Positions 40,401 through 47,823 of a stretch of 64,000 nt of DNA are shown here, in pieces (within the stretch, counting starts at the first letter, position 1; every line of letters begins with the position of its first letter). The notes under the pieces are model-generated. The model did no database searches. It was not told where the DNA came from and was given only the letters and a program-made list of their open reading frames with translations. This DNA is from an uncultured beta proteobacterium (GTDB taxonomy: Bacteria > Pseudomonadota > Gammaproteobacteria > Burkholderiales > Burkholderiaceae_C), in contig CAIQOO010000074.1 of assembly GCA_903873485.1 (NCBI GenBank), forward strand, positions 20,453 through 84,452, written 5' to 3'. The translations under genes were made by a program, and so were the position numbers.

Positions 40401-41764
40401 CCCAGGTGGGCTACCGCCAGGTCGCGGTAGTTGATCCAGCCGGCGACCGATTGTTCTGAGCCTGTCGAAGAGCGGCGGCGCGACAGGGCATCCATGATCG
40501 GGGCCATCACCCGGTCGGGGACTTTGGTGCGGTTAAGCAGCGGCGCACGTGCCCGGTTAAACAGGCCGCCGTTATAGGCCGGCATGCCCAGGTCGTCTTC
40601 GCCTTCGTCAATCAGCTCGATCACTGCGTTCAAACGCAGCCAGATACTGCTGACCGTGCGAGAAAAAACGCCCCCGGCCTCGACCTTGTCACGCACATCT
40701 TCCCGTATCCGGCGCACGCTGTAAGCCGCATAACGCGCATCGCGCACCGGCAGCAGATGGCGGTCTTCGGCGTAAAACAGAAACAGCAGCCGGTACAGCA
40801 GCACCAGCGCCGCCTCGCGCACTTCGTCGAGGTACGCAGGGGTGAACTGGCGGCGCCTGAACTGGCCAAAACCGGTTTCCTGGGTTGCCGCCTGCAGGTC
40901 TGAGCGTGCCAGCGCATCGGCGAGTTGCGGAAAAATATCGGCAAACACCCGCGCCCCCAGGTCTTGCGAGACCCGTTCTTCATACAGCCGGGCCTCGTTG
41001 AGCGCGTAGGCGTGGAATGTGCGGCCAGCGCTTTCCCCTTGTTCGAGCAGCCAGTCCTGCGGCAAAAAGGCGCTGCGCTGAAAAAACACATAAAACAGCC
41101 GCAAGGCGTGGGCGGCGGTCACCAGCCCCAGCGCGGTGTCGGCCTGATCGGCGATCAGCTCGTTTTGCATGCCCTGGACCCCCAGCGCCGCCGCTACATC
41201 GACCTCAAAAAACTCTTCTGATCTGGAGCGCGCATCCTGCCAGTACAGCCGCCAGACGTTGCCGTTGGTCAAGATGCCCCATTTGATGGCGCGCTCCGAG
41301 GCCAGCTCGGCGCGGCTCAGGTAACGCAGCATCTGTGAGGAGGGCGCATCGGGGTCAAAGGCCTCTGACGCATCGCCCCGATCCAGTGGGCGCAGCCAGC
41401 GCTTGGCCTCCAGAATGACCAAGCCGTGGCGGTAGCGGCGCTGGTCCTTGGTCTCGGCCAGCGCTCTGGCTTTTTGGGCGCTGTTGGCAAACAGCAGGCA
41501 GTCGGGCACATCCTGGCGGCGCTTGCCAGACAGGTTGACTTGCGGCAGCGTGTCGTCGCCCCAGCCCAAAGCGACCAGCACCTTGTTGATGACCAGCGCC
41601 TCGGTTTGCGCCTCGTTGATGGTCGAAACAGCACTCAAGCCCTGATAGATACTGCGCAGCGTGCTCTCAAAATGAATGAGACTGGCAGCATCGAACAGTT
41701 GCCACGGCGGTGTTTCGAGCACGCCACGGGTCAAAAAATCCTGGGTAAAGAGTTGGCCTTGCAT
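37454..41764 (-). CDS. single-polypeptide type IIG restriction-modification enzyme (endonuclease, adenine MTase, target recognition domain)
   Basis: N-terminal PD...EAK nuclease motif (PDCLLF...LEAKRW), YNGGLF, GSYYT, DPAMGSGHFL (motif I), IGNPPW (motif IV); 1436 aa. Confidence 0.88.
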   Translation of the reverse strand: MQGQLFTQDFLTRGVLETPPWQLFDAASLIHFESTLRSIYQGLSAVSTINEAQTEALVINKVLVALGWGDDTLPQVNLSGKRRQDVPDCLLFANSAQKARALAETKDQRRYRHGLVILEAKRWLRPLDRGDASEAFDPDAPSSQMLRYLSRAELASERAIKWGILTNGNVWRLYWQDARSRSEEFFEVDVAAALGVQGMQNELIADQADTALGLVTAAHALRLFYVFFQRSAFLPQDWLLEQGESAGRTFHAYALNEARLYEERVSQDLGARVFADIFPQLADALARSDLQAATQETGFGQFRRRQFTPAYLDEVREAALVLLYRLLFLFYAEDRHLLPVRDARYAAYSVRRIREDVRDKVEAGGVFSRTVSSIWLRLNAVIELIDEGEDDLGMPAYNGGLFNRARAPLLNRTKVPDRVMAPIMDALSRRRSSTGSEQSVAGWINYRDLAVAHLGSIYERLLEYSLVHQVQAKDDDKDQPEIDRISALPASFARKVSGSYYTHDDLVHLILRESVGVLVHERMDAFEAHLKKLGTKSSLNPGDWDALDAKDPASQILELKICDPAMGSGHFLVALVDDLADRVLEAIAAATLQVSTQPWSAHLLELGQPWVSPLVARIAYIRGSIKTTAKNHGWAVTDAQLDDRHIVRRMILKKTIFGVDKNPMAVELAKTALWLHTFTVGAPLSFLDHHLRTGDSLHGEQLSIVQRNLEQLGALLMQSEFDRLALAAKNIAQVADLTDVDIAEAQLSKQLATEAATEIAPIHAMLDFWRAMRWLVPGWPVAKMSHLPKLLKANKDKPNPILDGILRLLDPVLNLVGVLNTGKIAGNDAATQAANALMVETRALAARETFFHWWTSFPTVFGTGSKGGFDAVIGNPPWDMLQMQEVEWFSERVMAIATQLRAADRKRLIAELPTTNRQVWAQFQAASTRADQEQFVVRTCGDYPMLAEGRSNLYKLFVERAQALTAPNGLVALLVPSGIAADKGASAFFRSLSSTGRLGALFDFENKKVFFPDVHASFKFCTLVFGGIGRTFDQTRCAFYLHHIKELEDPARVLKLKAIDFQSVNPNTGAAPIFRSQRDADITLKLYANHPVLVRQGEISTSKGKQPDLKAWPVKFYQGMFNMTSDSKLFMKRSELGQHGWQHKPLNRWEKENKLALPLYVGRMIHQYDHRHASVTVNESNLQNAALGSVLSVSEKSNPNTFPNPQYWVDAEAVPATLRREWVLGFRDIARSTDVRTMIAAFVPGTATGNTLPLLINETLAAGEMSLVLANLNSIPFDYIARQKAQSTHLNWYIVEQLPVIAPARFNDPLPAAFAAAMRAAQLMNGHHPHPTVADFVVPQVLALSYTAHDMAPLARDLGYVDAVGLVLPPFIWNEEERRARLAALDALFFYLYGLDADEAAYILDSFPIVREQDIRAFGRYRTQDDILAALALLTA

Positions 41765-41935
41765 GGGTGTCTGTGGGAAGGGGTGTGTGAAAGCTGCCAA
41801 GGGCGCTGCCGGTTGGCCGAGTGTAGGGCGGGCGGCGGCACAAGCGGCGGGCTAGAAGCCGTGATGCCTGCCCGGGCGAGCCGGGCTGTGACAGATTCGG
41901 CGGCTTGCTTTTTGCCTTGTTGCGGCCAACAACCA

Positions 41936-42646
41936 TCAGGGGTGGCAATTCAGATCATTGGGCATGCAAACACCCAAAATACCCTGCGAATCAGATCGGG
42001 GAGTGGCAGCGCCGGCGGCAGGCGGCGGCCCGGAAGGCTGAGCTGCGACAGCGGCACCGGTTCGCTGTGACTGAAGATGATTCTGGATGCCAGCAATCGA
42101 CTGTCGGTACTGCACCCCCCAGCGACGATAGTAGCTGCTCCATTGACGCAGGCGAGAACTCTCGGTTTGCAACCAAGCGTCCCAAGCAGCACGACAAGCG
42201 CCGGATTGATAACAGGCCATGGCATCAGGCCGCCTGCTGACATAGTCAACGAACAGGTTTCTTTCGAGCGAATCGACTTTCGCGGCTTCTGCGTCCAGGG
42301 AATTGGCAGCATTTGTGAAAGCTGCGGCGCTTTGGCTGTCGAAGACATCCGGCCCGGAACCGTAGATTGATGCTGATTCAGGGCCGAACAGCGCCACCAC
42401 CGTTTGCTCGTTTTCGGCGGTGACTGCCTTGAGGCATCGGTATGTGGCTGCCTCCTCAAGCCCATCGGCTGGTCGAATGACCCGCCCGGTCTTGACGCAC
42501 ATTGGAAACTGTCTTTTCCTGATCTGCCAGTACATCGCCGGACTCTTGACGGCATCATAAGAAAAAAGAATATCAGTTGCGCCAGCCGACAGCGAGACCG
42601 AGCCAATCGTGAATGTCACGAGAATCGAAAACATTGAAGTGTTCAT
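41936..42646 (-). CDS. hypothetical exported protein
   Basis: 236-aa ORF with signal-peptide-like N-terminus, five Cys in the mature part, Pro/Ala linker; atypical codon usage; family not recognised. Confidence 0.55.
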   Translation of the reverse strand: MNTSMFSILVTFTIGSVSLSAGATDILFSYDAVKSPAMYWQIRKRQFPMCVKTGRVIRPADGLEEAATYRCLKAVTAENEQTVVALFGPESASIYGSGPDVFDSQSAAAFTNAANSLDAEAAKVDSLERNLFVDYVSRRPDAMACYQSGACRAAWDAWLQTESSRLRQWSSYYRRWGVQYRQSIAGIQNHLQSQRTGAAVAAQPSGPPPAAGAATPRSDSQGILGVCMPNDLNCHP

Positions 42647-42777
42647 AACCCTCCTTAAATGATCAAGATCAAATGAAGGATAGTCCAAAACACGGGCTAA
42701 TCTTTGATTGGAATCAACAACTTGGCAAGCAGGAATCTAAATGACACCATAGGGCATCGGTGTCGCCAACGATCCGG

Positions 42778-42797
42778 CAAGCTCAGGGCGAACGGTT
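42778..42797 (+). repeat. half REP-like element, right border of RM/ORFan block
   Basis: caagctcagggcgaacggtt; same family as 26515-26540 and 59274-59295. Confidence 0.6.
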
Positions 42798-42857
42798 TCA
42801 TTATTCTGAGCACCGCCAACTGTTTCGCCGCCAGGCGGGTAACGCATGGTTTGCGGT

Positions 42858-43322
42858 TCAAATGCCAAAATTCTCCGGCATCTGAATTGCAACAACTTCA
42901 CCCCGGGCAGTGGCCACACCGGCGGCATAAACGGTGGCTTCGACCACCACCTTGCGTCCCTTAATCTCCTTGACGCGACCACGAATCTCAAGAGAGCTGC
43001 TGATCGGCGTGGGTTTCAGGTAATCCACATGCAGCGAGCCGGTGACGAACCGGAAACCCGGCAGCGTATCCATCTCGCGCCCGGCCTGCCGGTACATGGC
43101 GGCGGCGGCCGTGCCGGTGCCGTGGCAATCAATCAGCGATGCCAGCAAACCGCCATAGGTAAAGCCGGGCACCGCCGTGTGAAAGGGTTCGGGCGTGAAG
43201 CGGGTGACGGTTTCGTCGCCGTCCCAAAAGGTCTTGATGCGGTGACCGTGGTCGTTTTTTGCACCGCAGCCGTAGCAGTGCGACAGGTTTTCAGGGTAAT
43301 AGTCTTGAAAGGCTTTCATCAT
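42858..43322 (-). CDS. PaaI/hotdog-fold thioesterase
   Basis: CYGCG, YGGLLASLIDCHG, FVTGSLHVDYLKPTP. Confidence 0.88.
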   Translation of the reverse strand: MMKAFQDYYPENLSHCYGCGAKNDHGHRIKTFWDGDETVTRFTPEPFHTAVPGFTYGGLLASLIDCHGTGTAAAAMYRQAGREMDTLPGFRFVTGSLHVDYLKPTPISSSLEIRGRVKEIKGRKVVVEATVYAAGVATARGEVVAIQMPENFGI

Positions 43323-43348
43323 GTCTGCTCTCTTTAAAATCAAAAAAT

Positions 43349-43404
43349 TGCTATTTAATATATAGCTCTTGGTGCAATGAGTATAAAGTCCCAAGCCTGT
43401 TTTG
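43349..43404 (-). repeat. 56-bp dispersed element, copy 10
   Basis: reverse complement caaaacaggcttgggactttatactcattgcaccaagagctatatattaaatagca. Confidence 0.7.
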
Positions 43405-43424
43405 ATGAAGTTTCGCGCTGCGCC

Positions 43425-43542
43425 AGATAGTGCGCAGCGTGCTCTCAAAATTGATGTAACCGGCAGCATCGGGCAGTTGCCACGGCGGTGTTTCGAGCAC
43501 GCCACGGGTCAAAAAATCCGGGGTAAAAAGTTGGCCTTGCAT
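43425..43542 (-). pseudogene. truncated second copy of the 5' end of the type IIG RM gene
   Basis: MQGQLFTPDFLTRGVLETPPWQL; 43425-43546 matches 41647-41768 with about 10 mismatches in 122 bp. Confidence 0.85.
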
Positions 43543-43569
43543 GGGTTTGCCGGTTCGTGTTGGTCGCCG

Positions 43570-44502
43570 CTACCGACGATCTGCTTCAACCCGGTTTCTG
43601 CCGTCGGTCTTGGCCCGGTAGAGAGCTGCGTCTGTCCGGGCCAGCAGGACTGTGACAGATTCGCCGACTTCGAGTTGGGCCACACCGAAGGAGCCGGTGA
43701 CCTGTCCGATCATGGCAAAGTCATGCAACTGCATCGATTGCCGCATATGTTCGGCGATGACAATGGCACCGTCTAAATCAGTGTTGGGACAGATGACCAT
43801 GAATTCCTCGCCGCCCCAACGCCCGATCGTGTCGGTCTTGCGCACACTTTGGCGCAGAATATTGGCGATCGAGGTCAACACCATGTCGCCCACTTGATGC
43901 CCGTGAACATCGTTGACCCGCTTGAAATTGTCGATATCGACCATCACAACCGAAAGCGACTGACCATAACGCACACTGCGCTCGACCTCGCTGAGAAAAG
44001 TGGCATCAAGCTTGTGCCGGTTGAAAAGGCCGGTCAGGCTGTCGGTGACGGAGGTCATTTTGAGTTCAATGTTCTGAAGCGATATCTGGGCGTGTGCTTC
44101 GGCCAATTCGTTCTGGACCTTTTTCAGGGTGCTGATGTCCACCGCAATGGCGTATTTGGCGGTTCTGCCGTCGAACCAGGCAATCAGCTTTTCTTGCAAC
44201 TGATACCAGTGGTCATCGGCTTCGTTGAAATGCTCAAAAATAATTTCGCCGCCGCCACAGCCGGCCTGGGTCAACTCCGGGATGCGACAAAAGGAACAGG
44301 GATCATCTGACTGGTAGATGGCCAAGTGGCAAGGCTTGCCAAGCGCCCCGGCCATGCGTTTGCGCATCGCCAGGTTGGCGGCGATGACCTCATAGGTGGC
44401 GACATCCGCGACATAAATCGGGAAAGGGATGAGGTCGAATATGGTTTGCCAATACTCGGAATCGATCACGCTGGGTAATGGCTTGTTCAATTTGGCCCCC
44501 AT
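43570..44502 (-). CDS. PAS-GGDEF diguanylate cyclase
   Basis: DSLTGLFNR, DIDNFKRVND, RKTD I-site, RWGGEEF; Cys-containing PAS N-terminus. Confidence 0.93.
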   Translation of the reverse strand: MGAKLNKPLPSVIDSEYWQTIFDLIPFPIYVADVATYEVIAANLAMRKRMAGALGKPCHLAIYQSDDPCSFCRIPELTQAGCGGGEIIFEHFNEADDHWYQLQEKLIAWFDGRTAKYAIAVDISTLKKVQNELAEAHAQISLQNIELKMTSVTDSLTGLFNRHKLDATFLSEVERSVRYGQSLSVVMVDIDNFKRVNDVHGHQVGDMVLTSIANILRQSVRKTDTIGRWGGEEFMVICPNTDLDGAIVIAEHMRQSMQLHDFAMIGQVTGSFGVAQLEVGESVTVLLARTDAALYRAKTDGRNRVEADRR

Positions 44503-44521
44503 AGGTTTTATTTGCCGCAGC

Positions 44522-44890
44522 CTATCGTCCGATTACCCGGGCGATATGAGCGGCCAGTTTTTCGGCGTCGACCGGCTTTAGGACATAGCCCAGGGCACCG
44601 GCTTTGAGGGCCTCGCGCACCATGTCTTCCTGGCCGTGCGAGGTGACCATGATGATTTTGGCATCACGAAACTCGGCCAATATGGTTCGGGTGGCCTCGA
44701 TGCCGTCCATGCCGGGCATGGTGATGTCCATGGTCACCAGGTCGGGGTTGTGATCCCGGTAGGCCTGCACTGCGGCCGTCCCGGAGGTCACCGCGCGCAC
44801 CACCCGGTGGCCCATTGCCGTCAGCATGGTTTCCATCTTGCGGGTAGCCAGCAGGGAGTCGTCAACGATCATTACATTCAACGGGGTCAT
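44522..44890 (-). CDS. single-domain CheY-like response regulator
   Basis: IVDD, MDITMP phospho-Asp, VTS, LKP; 122 aa with no output domain. Confidence 0.93.
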   Translation of the reverse strand: MTPLNVMIVDDSLLATRKMETMLTAMGHRVVRAVTSGTAAVQAYRDHNPDLVTMDITMPGMDGIEATRTILAEFRDAKIIMVTSHGQEDMVREALKAGALGYVLKPVDAEKLAAHIARVIGR

Positions 44891-44899
44891 GCGTGTTCC

Positions 44900-45427
44900 T
44901 CAATTTGCAATCAAATTATCGTTAAACAGATGACGCGGCAAAATAAAATCGACATCGAGCTGGCCGTGGGCCGTCTGATGGCTGACGCAGGTGAAAACGG
45001 CTCCCTTGGGGCGATGCAGCCGGCCGCCGTCTTCCAGCACCATGGGAGCCGACAGCACCACCGGGTTGCCCGCCTCCGTTAGGTCTGCCGTGCTGTGGCC
45101 AAGCACAATGTTGATGGTCTCAGCCACCGTATCGAGCAGAAACTGCGGTCGTTCATCCTCTGTCAGGGATAGCCCGGCGGTCTCGACTTCGAGCAGAAAA
45201 GCCGCCAGGGAGCGATCAAAACTGAAGGCGGCAAGGATGCTGACCGGGCCGCCAACGCTGATGATGGCCGTCAGATTGCGCAAAGTCAGCGCATCAATCT
45301 TGCCCTCTGAGAGGGTTGTGGTGGCCAGGAACGCAATGCCCAGCTCATCCTCGAAATGCTGCCGGGTACGCTCCAGCACGCAGGCCATGATGCGCTGGAC
45401 TTGTTGTTCCATTTGACGACTGGTCAT
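44900..45427 (-). CDS. CheX-like phosphatase
   Basis: AETINIVLG (ExxN catalytic motif), SAPMV; CheC/CheX-type organisation. Confidence 0.8.
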   Translation of the reverse strand: MTSRQMEQQVQRIMACVLERTRQHFEDELGIAFLATTTLSEGKIDALTLRNLTAIISVGGPVSILAAFSFDRSLAAFLLEVETAGLSLTEDERPQFLLDTVAETINIVLGHSTADLTEAGNPVVLSAPMVLEDGGRLHRPKGAVFTCVSHQTAHGQLDVDFILPRHLFNDNLIAN

Positions 45428-47823
45428 GCGGCGCTCCTTGCGGTGTTTGAAAGCGGAATGCGAAAAATAAAACTTGTGCCCTGCGCGGCGCGTGATTGCA
45501 GCCGAACTTCGCCGCCCAGGCGCGTCACTTCGGCCTTCACGGCCGCCATGCCTACGCCACGCCCGGACAGCTCGGTGGCTGTCTCGCGGCTGGAAATGCC
45601 GTCGGCCAAGACCAGATCGACGAGCGACCCGTCGGTGACATTGTCGGCGGCCAGTTGCTGCGCCCGCCGGCGCAGAGCGGCCTCGTCAATGCTGGTGCCG
45701 TCATCGCTGATTTCCAGCAACAACTGCAAAGCGGTGCGGGAAATGCGGCAGGTGATGGTGCCGAGCTCGCTCTTGGCAGCGGCAAAGCGGGTTTCCGGGT
45801 CTTCGATGCCGTGGTCAACGGCATTGCGAAAAATGTGGCCCAGACTGCGCAGAAAGGAGCCGAAAACGTCCGGGTCCAGGCGAATGTCCTCGCCCTCGAC
45901 CGCCAGCGGGCCGACTTCCTTGCCCAGTCGGGCCGCGAGCTGCTGAATCAGTCGATCGAAGCCCTTCAACTCTTGGCTCAGAGAGACCCAGCGCAGTTGC
46001 GCAAGTTCGGCCGCGATGGCCCGCTGCGGCCCAGACAAGGCTGGCATTTTCAGAAACTCCGCCGCCAGTTGCTCAAAGCGTCGCGCCTGCTCGGGCGACA
46101 GGGTAACGGCACCGCCCCGGTTGACGTAATCTTCACCCAGGGCATCCATCACCGTGGCCAGGTCAAGATTGAGAAGATGAGTCCATCTGGTGGCAAAGAC
46201 CAGGGCGGCGGCGTGGCTGCCAGCCGGGCCGCCGGGCGTTTGACCTTTACGCGCCTGCAATGCGCTCTCAGTTTCATGCAGGGCGGCCGGCAGATGCTGA
46301 AAACCGAACTGATTGAACGAGCCTTTGAAGGTGTGAATGGCGCGGTAAAGGTCGGCTTCAGACTGCGTGCGCCACGGCAACTGGCCGGCCTGCGCAAAAG
46401 CGCGGAACTCATCGACGGTGGCAAAGAAATCCGGGCCATCCGTCACCGCCGCCAAAATCATCTCCATGCGCCGGGTTTCCTGGGTGACCTTTTGTGCCAG
46501 CTTGCGCGTCTCGGTCACATCGGACAACACCGCCATGATGCGGTTGTCGATCGGGATGAATTCGGCCTTGAGCATTTTGTCGGCCACCTGCAACTCGGTG
46601 GGAATGATCGACAGAAACAGCGCCTGGCGCTGCGGATCGGTTTCAGCCAGGGCATCCTGGATGCAGTCACGCATCAATTTGCGCTGCAGGGCTTGCGTTG
46701 GAAACAGCAATTCGTCCACCGCCTGCCCGGTTGGTGTGCTGCCCAGCAGGCTGATGCAGGCCCGGCTGAACTTGCCGGTGACCAGCAGGTCGGCACCAAA
46801 GGACAAAAACCCCTGGCCGGAGTTGTCGAGCAGGGCCGCAACTTGCTCAAGGGTCTGCGTCACCACCTGATGCTGCTTGGCAATCAGCAGGTTTTTCTCG
46901 CTGATCTGGTGGTTGAATTTGGCCAGCTTGCGGTTCCAGCCGGCAACGCCCAGCAGCAGCAGCCCCATGGCCCCGGCTATCTTCCACAGCAGCGCATAGT
47001 CAAAACCGTGTTCCATGCGCACCGAAATCCATTTGTTGATGATGTCGCGGCGTTCCTGGTCGCTGATCGAGTCAGCCGCCTTTTGCATGATGCCGGCCAG
47101 CAGCGGCTCGTCGTTGCGCGAGGTCACGCAAAGGTCGAGGGTGAAATCGAGCTTGCCCGAAATTTTCAGATCGAGCATGGAAAATTTCTGCAACGAATAG
47201 GCGATGGTCGGCATGGTGTCGATGTAGCCCCACAGTTCGCCCTTGCGCACCCGCTCAAGGCCGTCCTGGGCGCTCTGCACCTCGGTGATCTGAATGCCGG
47301 GGTAGCGGTTGCGCAACATGGCGACAAAGACATAACCCTTGATGATGCCGATCTTGCGCGTGCCGATCTCGGAGCCATCCTTGATGAAAAGTTCCTTGGA
47401 CTGGGTGGCAATCACCAGCGGCTCGACGATGTAGGGCCGGCTGAAATTCATCACGTCACGGCGGTTCGGGACATTCGCCGACATTGACAGGATGTCGCAC
47501 TGGCGGCTGCGCAGGGCCGCCACCGACTCGCTCCAGACCTTGGTTGGCTGCAGCACCAGCGTGATACCCAGCCGCTCGCTCATCAAGGCCATCAGCTCGG
47601 CCCCGATGCCCTCGTGCCGGCCTTTTTCGTTGATGCGCTCGTAGGGCAGCCAATCGGGCTGCACGCACATTTTGATAGGACCCTTTTGCGCCAGGTAGGC
47701 GCGTTCGGCATCGGTCAGCGCTACTTGCCCGCCTGCGGGCTGCGCGGCATTGTCGGCGGCGGCCATGCTGACATGGGCGGTCAACACGAGCCAAAGCAGG
47801 AGGAGTCGGGCGAACTGGCTCAT
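45424..47823 (-). CDS. membrane-bound histidine kinase: periplasmic solute-binding sensor, TM, PAS-like, Hpt, CheA-type HATPase, no CheW domain
   Basis: PDWLPYE SBP domain; TM WKIAGAMGLLLLGVAGW; IHTFKG Hpt; HIFRNAVDHGIE, ISDDG, SGRGVGMAAV; ends right after the HATPase. Confidence 0.85.
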   Translation of the reverse strand: MSQFARLLLLWLVLTAHVSMAAADNAAQPAGGQVALTDAERAYLAQKGPIKMCVQPDWLPYERINEKGRHEGIGAELMALMSERLGITLVLQPTKVWSESVAALRSRQCDILSMSANVPNRRDVMNFSRPYIVEPLVIATQSKELFIKDGSEIGTRKIGIIKGYVFVAMLRNRYPGIQITEVQSAQDGLERVRKGELWGYIDTMPTIAYSLQKFSMLDLKISGKLDFTLDLCVTSRNDEPLLAGIMQKAADSISDQERRDIINKWISVRMEHGFDYALLWKIAGAMGLLLLGVAGWNRKLAKFNHQISEKNLLIAKQHQVVTQTLEQVAALLDNSGQGFLSFGADLLVTGKFSRACISLLGSTPTGQAVDELLFPTQALQRKLMRDCIQDALAETDPQRQALFLSIIPTELQVADKMLKAEFIPIDNRIMAVLSDVTETRKLAQKVTQETRRMEMILAAVTDGPDFFATVDEFRAFAQAGQLPWRTQSEADLYRAIHTFKGSFNQFGFQHLPAALHETESALQARKGQTPGGPAGSHAAALVFATRWTHLLNLDLATVMDALGEDYVNRGGAVTLSPEQARRFEQLAAEFLKMPALSGPQRAIAAELAQLRWVSLSQELKGFDRLIQQLAARLGKEVGPLAVEGEDIRLDPDVFGSFLRSLGHIFRNAVDHGIEDPETRFAAAKSELGTITCRISRTALQLLLEISDDGTSIDEAALRRRAQQLAADNVTDGSLVDLVLADGISSRETATELSGRGVGMAAVKAEVTRLGGEVRLQSRAAQGTSFIFRIPLSNTARSAA

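Noticed and set aside
37454-41764. DISARM or BREX system
   Set aside because: No helicase, DUF1998, phospholipase D, PglZ or BrxC genes nearby; only a stand-alone RM fusion is supported.
43570-47823. Ordinary flagellar chemotaxis operon
   Set aside because: No MCP, CheW, CheR, CheB or flagellar genes; the kinase is membrane-bound with its own sensor.
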